A stretch of DNA of 64,000 nucleotides. Origin: Marsupella aquatica. Its lineage: Eukaryota; Plantae; Marchantiophyta. The stretch spans positions 11,596,238 to 11,660,237 of the forward strand of contig OZ316892.1 in NCBI GenBank assembly GCA_973895155.1, given 5' to 3'. The position numbers and the translations under genes are program-made. How positions within the stretch are numbered: position 1 is the first letter of the stretch; every line of letters begins with the position of its first letter. The notes under the pieces are model-generated. The model did not search any database. It was not told the origin of the DNA and worked only from the letters and a program-made list of their open reading frames with translations. This document shows, piece by piece, positions 1 through 12,830 of this stretch.

Positions 1-700
1 GAGTGCCCTATTTATCTTCATCAAACATAGGAAAGTGATGCTCCCATGGACCTAAACTGTGAACCATACAACCCCCATGGACCCTGACATTTTTTACTCT
101 TTCACTTGTTAACACCCTTCTTGTTTCACAAACTTTCAACAACAAAGTTTCATCTTCAATCTGTGCTTTCTACACAGCGGAATTGGCTCTTCTTGGGCTT
201 GTAGATGCAGCTTGGAAAGATCTTTCCAACGGGTCTAATATCTGTAGTTTTCATTAGTAATGAATTTCTAAAGAACCCTTCACTCAGTGTCCACACTTTA
301 CACTTTCAAAAGTTTGTTAGTAGCTAACTTTGACATTTAGTACCTCTCTACTGTAGATATCCAATGTCATATTGTTTTCTTGGGTTAGTTAGAAAATGCT
401 TGTAAAGATCTTTTCATTGAGAATTAAGAGATCTACAAATTTTCAAGGAGAAAAGTATAGTTTTTTGGTTCCATTTCACTCATGTTTGGAATGATGTTCA
501 ACTGAGAATTGAGAGACCTACAATATTCAAAAGACAAATATACTCTTCTTGTCACATTTCACTCATGTGGGTAAATCTTTCTTACATCAACTTAAGATAG
601 TTTTGCTACCATCCATCCGTGTGACAAAACTCTATAAGGTTGACAAACATGGAGGTCCATCCGGGCCCGCTATTTCAATCAACAGTTCCGATTTTAAATA
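1..700. mobile_element. Probable non-autonomous DNA-transposon remnant (CATGGACC...GGTCCAT family), probably truncated by the window start
   Basis: AT-rich non-coding DNA with CATGGACC at 45-52 and 76-83 and inverted GGTCCAT near 655. Bases 36-52 are an exact 17-bp reverse complement of 60028-60044. Internal duplication ~417-486 / ~503-568. Confidence 0.45.
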
Positions 701-799
701 ACATTAGATAATTTCGTAAAAAACAGAAACAAACAATATTTAATATCCAGCGCATGTTTACGCAAACCGGGATGGCACTCCGCTAGTCTAATTTGGAAC

Positions 800-1080
800 G
801 GTACGGTACCGTACCGTTCCGTCCTGTCCTGTACCGTACTTCAGTTGCACTCTACTATACTGTACTCTACTGTAGGATTCATCAATCGGCGCAGTGGGGT
901 AGGGGTGGGGCCGTGGGGTGGGGGTGCCCATCCACGTCTGTCGAGGTACTCACTGGTGCAGCAGAGCGAATGTAATCCTTTGGTCTCTCCGAGCTTCTCG
1001 GCGCCACCGCCTCTGCTCTCCTGTCCTCTGCTCTCCTCTCCTCTCCTCTCCTCTCCTCTCGACTCTCGTTTCGTCTCGCT
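800..1080 (+). promoter_or_regulatory. Probable promoter/5' UTR start of the exportin-T gene: GTAC cluster followed by a CT-rich tract
   Basis: At least six GTAC cores in 800-870, then a (CTCTC)n pyrimidine tract at ~1010-1065, typical of plant TSS/5' UTR regions. The TSS itself cannot be determined. Confidence 0.4.
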
Positions 1081-2251
1081 GTGTGTCTCGTGCCAAATGA
1101 ATGCAGGACACGGGAGAGGCGGAGGCAGGGATGGGAAAGAAACATGGATATTTAGATTAGATTGCTCGCGGATGGATGACGGGCTATTTATAACGAGATT
1201 CGTTCATGCACTCATTTGGTGATTTGTTCGGAATTGTGTTGTGTACTACTACTGACGAGCCTTTTCTCTCTGCTCGGGACGAAACTGGATGCGCATGATC
1301 GAGCGCCTGGCCCTGTGGTGGGAGGACGGGATCATTATTCTTTCCTGCGCTGTTCCTTCACTTAGAAATACAGTACTTTCCCCGGCGTTGGTGTGCGTTG
1401 AACTTTCGCCCCGATCGCTTTTTAGGCAGAATCTTCGTCTGGAGAGGCTGCTGTGGTGTATGCCCTAAACAATCTTTTTCGCCAACCTAGTGCTGTTGCC
1501 GCTCGTCGAACATTACGGGACTATAGTAGTCTCGTCTCGTCTCGTCTCGTCCCGTCGGGAGATCTTGGGCATGTGTGGAGGGAGGCATCTGGTTGAGAGA
1601 TTACATTCTGATCAGAAACATGTCGTGTGGCGCCTCTTACAGGACTGTGTTGGAATGGGAGGCGACTAATTATTGCGTCGTGCGCATGTGGATGGCCAGG
1701 AGATCATCCGTGGATGGAAGAGCTGGTTAGTTGGAGCTTACATCAAGACCGCAATGGTTGCCATTGTGACTTTAGATTTACCATCGTAAATGCCTCGCCA
1801 CCTTGAATGTGGAATTCGTCTTAGTTCACCAACTATAGTACAATTTTAGTATTGTAAACTCCAGGAGTATGCGAGATTCAGTTCTGTTGAATGCCCCTTT
1901 AAGCTCTGATCCCCCTGGATAAGGTGGCCCGTTTCTCCACTTTGCGCCATCTCTGCACCATCTCCTATCGCTGTCGACCACTCAGATCATCAGAGGCGGA
2001 ATTGACACTCCATCATCTTGTGCGTGGGCCTCGGGTCGCGGCAAGCTACGATTTTGAGCAGCCCGGGGTATTATGAGGGTTTAGTATCTGATGAAGTTTG
2101 AGGACTCCTTGTAACAGGGTTTAGTCTTTGCGTGTATGGGGTGTCATTTTCGAGCCTTTACATGTCTGAAGCATACTGAGAGGTCCGTCCTTCCTGGTGA
2201 GATTTGATTATCAGCTAAGCAAGTCTTCCCGGGGAAGATCCTGGGCTGGGT

Positions 2252-5200
2252 ATGGATGACTTTGAGAGAGCAATCTTATTTAGTTTCGATCAAAGTGGAG
2301 CGGTCGACGCACAGTTAAAAGCTCAGGCGAGAGCTTTCTGCGAGCAAGCGAAGCAGTCGCCCACTATATGGCAAGCTTGCCTCGACAAGTTCCGCGTTTC
2401 ACAGTATGCTGAGGTGCAGTTTTGGTGCCTGCAGGCCCTGGAAGAGGTTACAAGGCAGAGATATGTGTCTTTGGATTCACAAGAACGCCTTTTTGTTAAA
2501 ACTTCTTTGATGGAAGCAATGTGCAACTGCGGTGTCGATGGCCAAATACAGGATGCGCCTGGTTTGTTATCGTCGAGGCCAGTGTTTGTCAAGAATAAGC
2601 TTGCCCAGATTATTGTTATTCTAGTATGCATTGAGTATCCGTCAGAATGGCCGTCCGTTTTTCTGGACATGCTCGCTTATCTGAACAAGGGACCGGCAGT
2701 GGTTGACATGTTTTGCCGGATTTTCAACACTTTAGATGAAGAAGTGATTAGCTTGGATTTTCCGCGGAGTGTGGACGAAATCGCGGCTGCCACAAGGATA
2801 AAGGATGCTATGAGGCAGCAGTGCATATCTCAGATTGTCGGGGCCTGGTATAGTTTGGCAGTGATGTATAGAGTCCCACAGCCTTATATTTCAAGTGCTG
2901 TTTTAGAAACAGTTCATAGATACGTGGCGTGGATCGACATCGGTCTCGTCGCCAACGACAGTTTTGTTCCCTTACTTTTTGAAATCCTGGTGTCTCAACA
3001 AGAAATACCCCAGCTGCGAGGAGCAGCAGCCGATTGTCTCCTGGCCATTGTATCTAAAAGGATGGAGGCTACGTCCAAGCTCGCACTTTTGCAAAAACTG
3101 AATATCGGCCAGGTAAGCAGCCGCTTAACTGAAGTGCAGGAGCCAGAGTTTGCTCTCAAACTGACGGCTCTTTTAACTGGGCTAGCAACTGAGATCCTCG
3201 AGTGTGGTAAGAAATTAGATATGAATGGCGTGTCCAGAGAGGCACTTGCGGCGAAAGAAGCCGCTTTAACGATGCTGGATGAGGTTCTCCCCTCCGTGTT
3301 CTACTTTATGAGGCACGGCAACGAGGACATATCATCCACAACATTCCACTTTTTATCAAATTATGTGGGTAGAATGAAGAGTGGAATGGTATATAATGGG
3401 AAGCAGGCTGCTCATGTTGCGCAAATTCTCGAGGTCATTCGGAATCGGATGCTCCATGACCCATCTAATGAAGACTGTTTGGCTGGGCCAGACAGGAACG
3501 GCCAGGAAGAAGAAGAAAAACTATTAGACTACCGCAAGGATTTGTTTGGACTTTTCAGAATTATTCATAGGGTAGCTCCAGACGTCACAAGGACGTTTGT
3601 GCAGTCTACGCTCCGGGCTGCCTTGGCGAATCCCGATGTTCCGTTTGAGAATGTGGAGGCAGCCATCTCACTCCTGTATGTGTTAGGAGAAGGTGTGACA
3701 GAGGATGCATTAAAGGTAGGGAATGGAGTTCTTGGAGATATGGTCAAAATGTTGCTATCGTCAAGTGTTCCTTGCCACTCACACAGGGTTGTTGCTCTTA
3801 TTTATCTGGAGACTGTCACCAGATATGTTCGTTTTGTGCAACTACATCCCGAATATATTCCGGCTGTCTTGGCAGCTTTCCTAGATTCAAGAGGCCTTCA
3901 CCATCCTAACCCAGCTGTCCGTTCCCGAGCCAACTATTTATTCATGCGGTTGGTCAAAGTGTTGCGGCCTCAGCTGACTCCTTATATTGAAGACATTTTT
4001 CAGGTTCGTTTGAGCCCTTGTCCAATGTCAGTAAACTGTAGAGTCCACACTTCAGTGATGTTTCTGCCCGTTGGGCCACAGGTTTGGGTTTGTAGTCACG
4101 TGTAGTGAGGACAATCCTCATATCGATCAAAAGGTTAAATTTTTCGTAGTTTGATAATTAGGAATAAGCTTAGTTGCATGAGAAATATCTGTGGAAGAGA
4201 TTTCCAAAATAATGTGCGATCTCTTGAACTTGGAGGAACAGGGTCTGCGAGATACGCTGTCTGCATTTACTTCGAAGACCATGGTTGTGAAATCAGATGC
4301 TGATGATAGAAGTTATGGGTTTGAGGTGAGTTCCGTACATCAGACTGAAATACACATTTCTTTACCAGATGATCCTTTAAACAGTGTGAAAGCTTTTTTG
4401 GGGGAATTAGGTGGCCATGTACAGAGGCTATGCTGCCCTGCTCAGAGGACTTCGATGGTACAGCCGCAGCAGATCACTAGCATTCACAATTAACTACCTC
4501 GTCTGAGAGACGGTCGTTAATTTATAGCTGACTGGGATTATCCGTAATGATACAGGCAGCTGGTCTCTTAATTGGCATGGAAGATCTCTCTGAAGAAAAG
4601 CAGCTAAAGTTTGTTTCAGATCTCTTACTTCCGCTCTGTGCAGAGGTGATGTATGAGCTATATGTTTCTCTGGATGTCTAGCAACTGTTTGTTGAATTGA
4701 TTCTTGCTATAGCCTAGCACGACGTCTTACAGGATTGAATGTTTAGGATTCGATGGATCTTAGCTGTTACTTTGAGATTTGAAGGGCTTATGCAATGTGT
4801 TTGAAGTTCAATATTTGTGGTTTACTTTGATCTCGTCTGGAAGGTCTCTGTGAACGCTCATTATTTGATGAAATCTTGATCACAGGTTGACATTATTTTG
4901 GGGAGTCAAATTGTCAGTGGCGATCCTGTAGGGTCTCCGCCGACTGTCCTGAACTTGCAGCAAGTAATCTTGGCAATTAGTCATTTGAGTAAAGTAAGCT
5001 TCTTGACTGTTTGGTTTTGTCCTGCTTACTCATATTCACTTACTAGCCTTTTGTTGCAATTCAATGGACAATTGACTTTTTCTTGCTGCTCAGGGGTTTG
5101 GGGAGCAACTTATCACCAACAGTCGTCCATCAATAGGCAACATGTTTAAGCAGGTGAGTGCAAGGAGAAGATATGCTTTCAGATTGCGTTTCTCAAGTGG

Positions 5201-7535
5201 AGTATACCCTCATATCAGATTATAAGAGTATGAACCTTGTCCGCTCAGGCGACGGTCGTGTGAATAAGCGTCAGTGTGTCAGGCAAGAACGGTGCTTTGT
5301 TGTACTGATGCTAGTCCAATGTTTCCTGCAGACTTTAGATGTAATCCTCAGGATTCTCATAACTTTCCCAAAGAACAAAGTTTTGCGGAGCAGGGTGAGT
5401 AGTTTGTGACATGGGCTTTTTCATTGTTTGATTTTGTGGATTAGCTGTTGGTTTGAATGCTTCGTACTTCAATGAACCGCCTAATTTTATGTACCTGGAA
5501 TGCTTGGAACAGGTTATATCTTTTCTACATCGAATGGTTGATATACTAGGGAGTACAGTGTTTTCATCTCTTCCTGCCGCAATAGAGCAATTATTGAACG
5601 AGAGTGAGGTATATTTCTATCCAGTTATCATGTAGGTGTGTGTCTCTAGTGTTGTTGATTGGTGTAGGAAGCATTGGCCTGGAAATTGTTTGGGTAGTTA
5701 ATTCCCTGCAGTGTTATGGCACTACTAGACTTGAACTATATTATCAGTAGATACTGTTGTCCTCCTGCACGAAAATCTCAAATAGTCCTTTGACCGAAGT
5801 ACGAAATCTTACAGTGCATCTGCATTTGGTTGAATGTTTCTTATAGTATGCTGGGCTGATTTCATTGTACTGATTTAAGGTTTCGTTTCATGTCTGGCAG
5901 CCTAAAGATCTGCTAGAATTCATCCTCCTGGTGAATCAACTGATAAATAAATTCAAGATGGGGATGAGTAACATACTTCAGGAAATATTCCCTGCAGTTG
6001 CAAGCCGTATTTTCACACTTCTGCCCAAAGATGGTTTCCCTGAAGGTCCTGGTATGAACACCGAGGTAAGCATTCCGGCTGAATGAATCCGTATGATTTC
6101 CATGGTTATTTATTGAAAGTGTGGTAGAAACATGTATTGCACAACTGTAGCTTATACTGTCTTTTGTTCATTGACAGTGTGTCCTCCTTCGTTTTCAACG
6201 AGTGTTCGCATCATTTGACCCATCTGTTGTCCTTTTGTTGCTGCTGCTGAATTAAGTGTTACTAAGAGGTTTGGCAACGAACGCTGTTGTCAGGAAGTTA
6301 GAGAGCTTCAAGAGCTTCAGCGCTGTGTGTTCACTTTTCTGCATGTTGTCACGTCAAATGATTTATCATCGGTGTTAATCACACCGGGGAGCAGCCCATG
6401 GTTAACGGACATAAGCCAACTGTTACTTGAAGCTGCCTGTCGTCACAAGGATGTTCTTGTACGAAAGGTGAGAGCTTGAAACATTTACTTCTGTTGGTTT
6501 GCAACGTGCTCTACTCCTACTGCATTTGAATCATGTTGTGACAACGACTTGCGACTTATTAGGGATCGTCAGGAAATAATACAAAACACAGAACTAAGAT
6601 GCATTTCACAAACCGGTGAAGATACCAATCACGATCTTGTTGTTGGTTGCTAACTTAACGTACCTCCTTTGTGCAGATTTGCGTTCAGATATTCACAAAA
6701 TTAATTTCTGACTGGTGTGGTAGCAGTGTGGAAGAGGAGAAGGTATGCTTGGCATTCACGAATAGGCTTAGTGTCTCAAGTCCATGTTTGACGTATCGTC
6801 TTCCTAGATATGGAATCTATGCCAACGTCAGCCCATCTCGTTGTTCCAGAAATTTTAATGGGTATATAGTGCTGAGGATTCATCCGTAACGATGCCTTGT
6901 CTCAAATCTCAGGTGCCAGGTTTTCGTCACTTTGTGATGGGCAGGTTTGCTTCAGACTGTTGCATCCGTAGTGTGCTTCAGACCAATTTTGATCTCCAGG
7001 ATGCCAATACTGTGAGTTCTGTTTAGAGCTTGTGACATTGCATTTCTGCGAAGTTGCTGTGATATGAGTTGAAGAAATATTTATTTAATATCAGCCCTAG
7101 TGTTGCAATGATTGGCTACCCAATTTCTTGAAGTTTAGTTGAAATCGTTTTCCTGTGGATGTGATAGTTTTCTCTTCTTGGAGAGATTATTGCTTCCCAG
7201 AAAGTGCTTTACAAGAAATGCGGGGATGAGTTCCTTATCCATCTGGCCACAAAGTTACTGCCTGCAATTCACTGTCCTCCGAACTTGGCCGAGCAGTATT
7301 GTCTTCATATTCAGGTTTGAAGGAGAAGATTTCACAAAACTTTACAAACACCTACCAACTATGCCCGTCTGAATAGTATGTTTTGGATAGTGCATGTGAG
7401 TGCTTGGGGTTTTGGAACGGCAATTAAGTACATCATTTGTCTGTATTGCAGAGATCAGATTTGAAGGATCTTAGAGCCTTCTACAGACCATTCATTGAAA
7501 AGTTGAGACCACACCAAAATGGTAGTATGGGATGA
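2252..7535 (+). CDS. PSD: Exportin-T / PAUSED (tRNA export karyopherin), ~995 aa. Exons 2252-4003, 4242-4325, 4556-4645, 4886-4993, 5094-5153, 5332-5394, 5513-5608, 5901-6065, 6294-6467, 6677-6742, 6913-7011, 7168-7314, 7452-7535
   Basis: N-terminus MDDFERAILFSFDQSG, VKNKLAQ..EYPSEWP, RIKDAMRQQC, WIDIGLVAND and FLDSRGLHHPN..VRSRANYLFMRLVK match plant exportin-T. Twelve GT-AG introns join into a 2988-nt open frame ending TGA at 7533-7535. Confidence 0.95.
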
Positions 7536-9447
7536 AGATCGTTGTTAATCCTGGGGTTTGTCTGGTATTTTTGGATATGTCGGAGAGTGAATTAGTTAGA
7601 AGTGCCTCTTGATCTGAAAGATTGAGATGGGATGTAAATGGCACCCATTGGCACCCATCATCCACCTGGTGGCGTCACCTCGTATATGTTCAAAATGGAT
7701 CGAAACGGGATGGATAGAATTCGCTCTGGCTAAAGTGTTTAGGGCTTCTGATTGAGTCAGCACACTTTGGAGTTCACCAGTATCTAAGATCACTTCAACT
7801 TTAGAAATGGTGGATAGGAATGGTTGCTTATATCAGTGGCACTACTCCGGATCCATGTGGAGAACGTGGGAGGAAAGTCTGCTACAGTTTGGTGCAGCAA
7901 GAGGTTGGTTCAAAGTCTTGAAAGACCTTAAGGAAATCATTTGGTTACGTTGTTGCTGTTACCCTTTCATACTTGTTGGCTCGGTCCTGCAATTCCTCGT
8001 CCCTGTAAGGACTGAAAGCTTTACTTCTCTCTAGCTTCTGCTGATTAACGAGGAACGTTTACCGACGACCAGAAGAGGCTAGAAGAACGCAATGCACAAA
8101 ATTAAGTTTGACGAAACCCTAATTCGTACAAATTCACGAGCACGTTTGAGCAGTCATAAGGGTGGTTCAGATATAGTTTTTCTACTGAATCAGAGCTAGA
8201 TATTTGACGTTTCCGGAGTGAACTCATGAACGTTATGTTGCTGTGTGCAACGGCGTAAGAAACAGCTATCTGAATCTCTGATTATTGTGCACCTTTACGA
8301 CCAGATTTTGGCATGGATCGGCAAAGCTCTCGTTGCTGAGGTTTCTATCATGGCCCATTACTTGTCTTGTGGATCTTCCGAGCTTGCTTCAAACAGCAGA
8401 GGTAACCTACAAGCCTAACCTTGTTTGGTACTCCGCTTTTCCAGAGTTTCAAGCTCACCCCAAAGTTCATTTATGTATACCTAGCTGTTCGCTCAATTGT
8501 CCCACGATGGCAATTTGTTACTCACTGGAAGGTAATGATATCTATAAATTTCATCTCTTTATTGTGTTTTCTCAATGTTCTGGAATTTCTTGTCAACTGC
8601 GTGTGGGAATCGACACACCTGTCCCATATTTATGCTTTTGAGCCTGAGGCAAAGGAAACAGCCCTGATTAGTCTTGCCACCAGGCCAGACACTGCTAATG
8701 TTATGTCCTACGTGTCAATGGTCTTGTCAGCCTTTTCATATCTTCGGCATTTTAACGTCTGCTTTACTGGGAAGGGGAAGAAGACTGAACACCAGAGTAG
8801 CTGGTATATTGGATGCCTATTTAGGAGGCCCGAGAAGGTGACGATTATAGTTACCTCACGTTCTAACCGCCGAATGGTGTCATCGGTCCTAAGTAGATAG
8901 GGCTTATCTTCAGAGGCAGCATGTAATACACGTAAAGTCCATGTCTTGCAGGACTATTGCTGATGGGGCGATGGAAGAAATTTCGGGATGCATAAGCAAT
9001 TATATTATGCAGCTAGTTGAGGATTGTCGTTCTTTGATAGAGGAGTTACCTCTGTTAAATTAATTAGGAGGGGTCTCAGGGTCAACTATCCGACCTTTGG
9101 AGTTTCTTGGGGCTGTGCCTTCACTGTGAGCATGGAGGCAAAGAGATTCTGGCCCTCCAGCTTGAGAGATATTTGGTATTTACTATATTCACTTGTGACT
9201 GATTGGTCAAAAACTGGCGTAATTCACGTGTATATTTAGATTGGTAACTTGTCATGCTGCTTTATACATATGCCCGTCCGAACGGGTCTCACTTACATCA
9301 CCATTAAGCTTTGAAATTTTCTCATCCATGAAAATAGCAGTCCATGTGGTGGAATGAACTTATGTGGATGAGACACATCTTCTCAGGCAATGGGATCTTC
9401 TTTAGTAGGTGCAAGACCCTAATACATTTGATTGAAAATCAGCATAG

Positions 9448-9520
9448 ATATATGTAGAGGCTCTAGTATATATGTAGGTCATATACGTATAGTCATATAT
9501 ACTAGAGCCCCTACATATAT
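9448..9520. repeat. Near-perfect inverted repeat (27-bp arms, 1 mismatch, 19-nt loop)
   Basis: 9448-9474 ATATATGTAGAGGCTCTAGTATATATG versus 9494-9520, whose reverse complement is ATATATGTAGGGGCTCTAGTATATATG. Confidence 0.9.
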
Positions 9521-11228
9521 GCAGCACATGATCCTCGTTCCCCTCGCACTCATATATCTTGCATACAGATAGCTCTATAGTACGAATTTAAATTGTTTGC
9601 CCACAAAGCCAAAGTCGTGGGTCCAAGATGTTAACCATGGCCAGAACGGCCCTGAGCCAGCAATGCTAGTGTGTTCTCTCAGTACGTATCTGAGTTGAGA
9701 AACCATGGGATTTCAACCTGATATGGACATCCGCATCAGATTCCTTAGTTACTCTCTCGCATCCTTTAGAGAAGATTTGCATCAAAGTAGTTAGCATGTA
9801 GTGATGCCTCACCACTAGATTTCACAAATATCGTTGCACGAAACTTCCACAACCTCGAAGTACTGGTAGCTCATAGATGCTACCGATTTTTTTTATTCTG
9901 TTTGCTAGTATCGTCACCAGAGGTTAATTCTGATTGTTGTTGAGTTGAAACACTGGGCAAAAACTCCCACTCAATTTCTGTCCAGGTTTCTTAAGATAGG
10001 TACATCTGTTTTTTGGATTACTACTTGAAAGTCTGTTTGACTTGACCCTCAATTTACCTATGCCGGTTTTTGTATTGCCGGCATTCCTCAATATTATGAG
10101 ACCATTCCCTTGAGTGGACCCTGACAATCTGTTAAAACTCCGTCACACCCACATCACACCCAGACGCTGCAAGTATCCACCTTCCTTTTTTACTTCAAAA
10201 ATTGCGTTGGAATGTTTGCATTTTCTGCACCTTCTACTCAATCAAACATGACCCTTATGAGAGTCATTCTGAGCTTGATACATGGTACCACCCCCAGTAT
10301 TACCTTAGCCCTTATTACACCCCCTGCACGTCTTGTAGTGTAGTTGGTCATCTTACGCCCATCATGCGGCCAAGTTACCCTGTATTGGGACTTGGGAGAA
10401 GACGAAGCGTGCTTCATTTCTTAAATCTCATTACTTTGAACCTATAAACCATAACAACAAAAATGTTTATTGATCTCTTACACTGGGCTATCTTCTCTCA
10501 ATTTCACACATAGCCTGCATATGGGTGGGTGCCCAGTTCCCATTTGGACTTCTCAATTCCAATAAAGCTGGAAGCACATGCCCAATATCCCTATATTAGT
10601 TCCCTTCTCCAAGTTCTTCCTGTATATTGCAACAGACCTCAACTCATGAACAGATGTGGTCAAATTAAGTAAAAATTGATGAAACAATGCCATCTGCGTC
10701 CCCAAACTGTTTCATCATATGCCCTCTGGTAAAGAAATGTTCTAGATATAAGGATCAAAATGAAAGGTAAAAGCTCATTAGTTTGCTAGATGCAGAACCA
10801 CAATTACTTTTCTTCAGAATCAAAATTCAGCTTACCATCTTCCAAAATGGAGACTAGATGTCACTCTACAGGTGTAAACGTGCCTAAGTAAACTGCCCAA
10901 AATGATGGAGGCATGAACAGTGCAAGCTGATGAAGGCTTCACCAGCAACAGTATATGGTACGACACAGGAAGTTCCCCTAATTTACTGCCATTGAAGTAA
11001 TTCACTTTCTTGCTAGTGTCAATGAAGCAGATCAACAGATTAACATTGCATACTCAAGTTAGAATCAAGTTGGTTTCCTTACCGCATTATCATGGCTTGG
11101 GAAGGTGTACAGTAATTAGTGTGCGGATTAAGAGCTTGGGAGCGTCATATATAAGAACACAAAAACAAAGGTGGTTTGATTAGGCCCTTGCTTCCTATTG
11201 GCTATGACCCATTCATGCATGGGAGCAT

Positions 11229-11430
11229 TGCATTTAAACCTTTCAACTTTGCTAGCATCAAATATGATTCACTTGGTTTTGGCAACCATCTTAAACTCCC
11301 ACAACATTTTGTTTAGACCTTGAAGCTTCCATGGCATTGATGTTTGAACCCTTTCACTCTGCTAGTATCAAAGGTGACACCTGGTTTTCATAAAAATCTC
11401 AAACTCGCATAACATTTCTGTTTAAACCTT
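11229..11430. repeat. Diverged tandem duplication (~108-bp period, 2 copies)
   Basis: tttaaacctttcaactttgctagcatcaaa...acaacattttgtttagacctt recurs as tttgaaccctttcactctgctagtatcaaa...ataacatttctgtttaaacctt. Confidence 0.7.
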
Positions 11431-12830
11431 ACTCTCATAGATTATTGCGGTGGGAAATAGCAGGAGAACTCTGCTAGCTATTGAGCATTGGACGAATCCA
11501 ATTGTGGTGGGAATGAGGAGACCATAATCTCTTTGCATACACATTTCTGATTTGGTATACCAATGCATCTCTAAGGTATGGAGAATTGAAGGTGTAATTT
11601 AAGAAAGTATGAATGGAACCAACTTTGTGGATCAATTTAGGGTGGCAGGCAGCCGATTCTAGATTGTGTAAAAGTTTCGCTCTTGATCTAACGCTGTCAT
11701 TTGCTTCTTGAGTTGAAATTGAGATTGGAAGCTATGGCAGCATGGGAATCTATTGCAACAGAAGCGCACATTTTTTATCTATTCAAAAATGCTCAGAGCT
11801 TGTAATTTCCATACCCATAAAAACTGGACATTTTGATGTCATTGTTTCTGAATTGAAAAAGGCTTCCAACACCAATGGAATTGGACAAGTTTGATCTGGG
11901 TCCGATCACACTAATCTGAATGTTCGAGTATTGGGCATTGTGAACGGACTCAAATTGGATCGCCAGGAAAAACTGTGACATTTGGCCAACGGGGTCCAAT
12001 TTTAAGAGAATCAATTGAGGGGTAAATTGTGTACTAGTGGATGGGCCCTAGAGATTGGGATCTTTAACATTTGAATCTGATGAAGAAAATGACAGTGGGT
12101 GAACTCTCAAAAACAGTGTTAGATCCCCCAAATTGCCCCAAAAGTATAAACAGAGCAATAGAGGCCCTAAGGCCAAGACACGAAAGCCTCAATGCCCATA
12201 CAAAAACCTACCTTTGTAGCCACAAAATATCTAGTAACAAGACAGGTACACTATTGTCCTCTCAGGGGGCAAGCTTCTACTGAGAAACAATCAAGGTACT
12301 TTCACTAATCAACAACCATTGCAAAACTTGTGGAGGTCATTTGAGTTAAAGGAGGGAGGGATACTAATGTGATTTATGAGCATATCCTTTAGATGAAGGT
12401 TCATTTCTATTGTTTCACCTTTGCTATCAGGAACTTCCATCACTGCTCCCGACCTGTACATGCAGACGGTCTACTCACGTGTGTTTCTCGCAGAGAAAAT
12501 GAACAGATCAGAGTAGATTTCTCGTATCTTGTATCAGACCACACTACAGACTTGCACCGCACACGTGGACCGTCCCAGAGGATAGGATTGTCAATGTTAT
12601 GACAACACAATAAAACTCACTTTCCTACTCGGCTCAGTTGCATTCATCGTTTTGAAAACCTGGACAAACTGGCCTGTTGCACCCTAAGGCAGATTACAGT
12701 AACTCAATAATTAATGATACAGGAAAACTTACAATAACATCCTCCCTTCAAAAGATTCCGAAACAGCTGCTGGTGTGAAGTGTCAAAAGAACTGCTGCCC
12801 GTAAGCCAGGTTACTCCAACTCTTTCTAAT

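Noticed and set aside
4004-4105. C-terminal tail of the 617-aa ORF
   Set aside because: Read-through into intron 1 after the CAG|GTTCGT donor; homology resumes at 4242.
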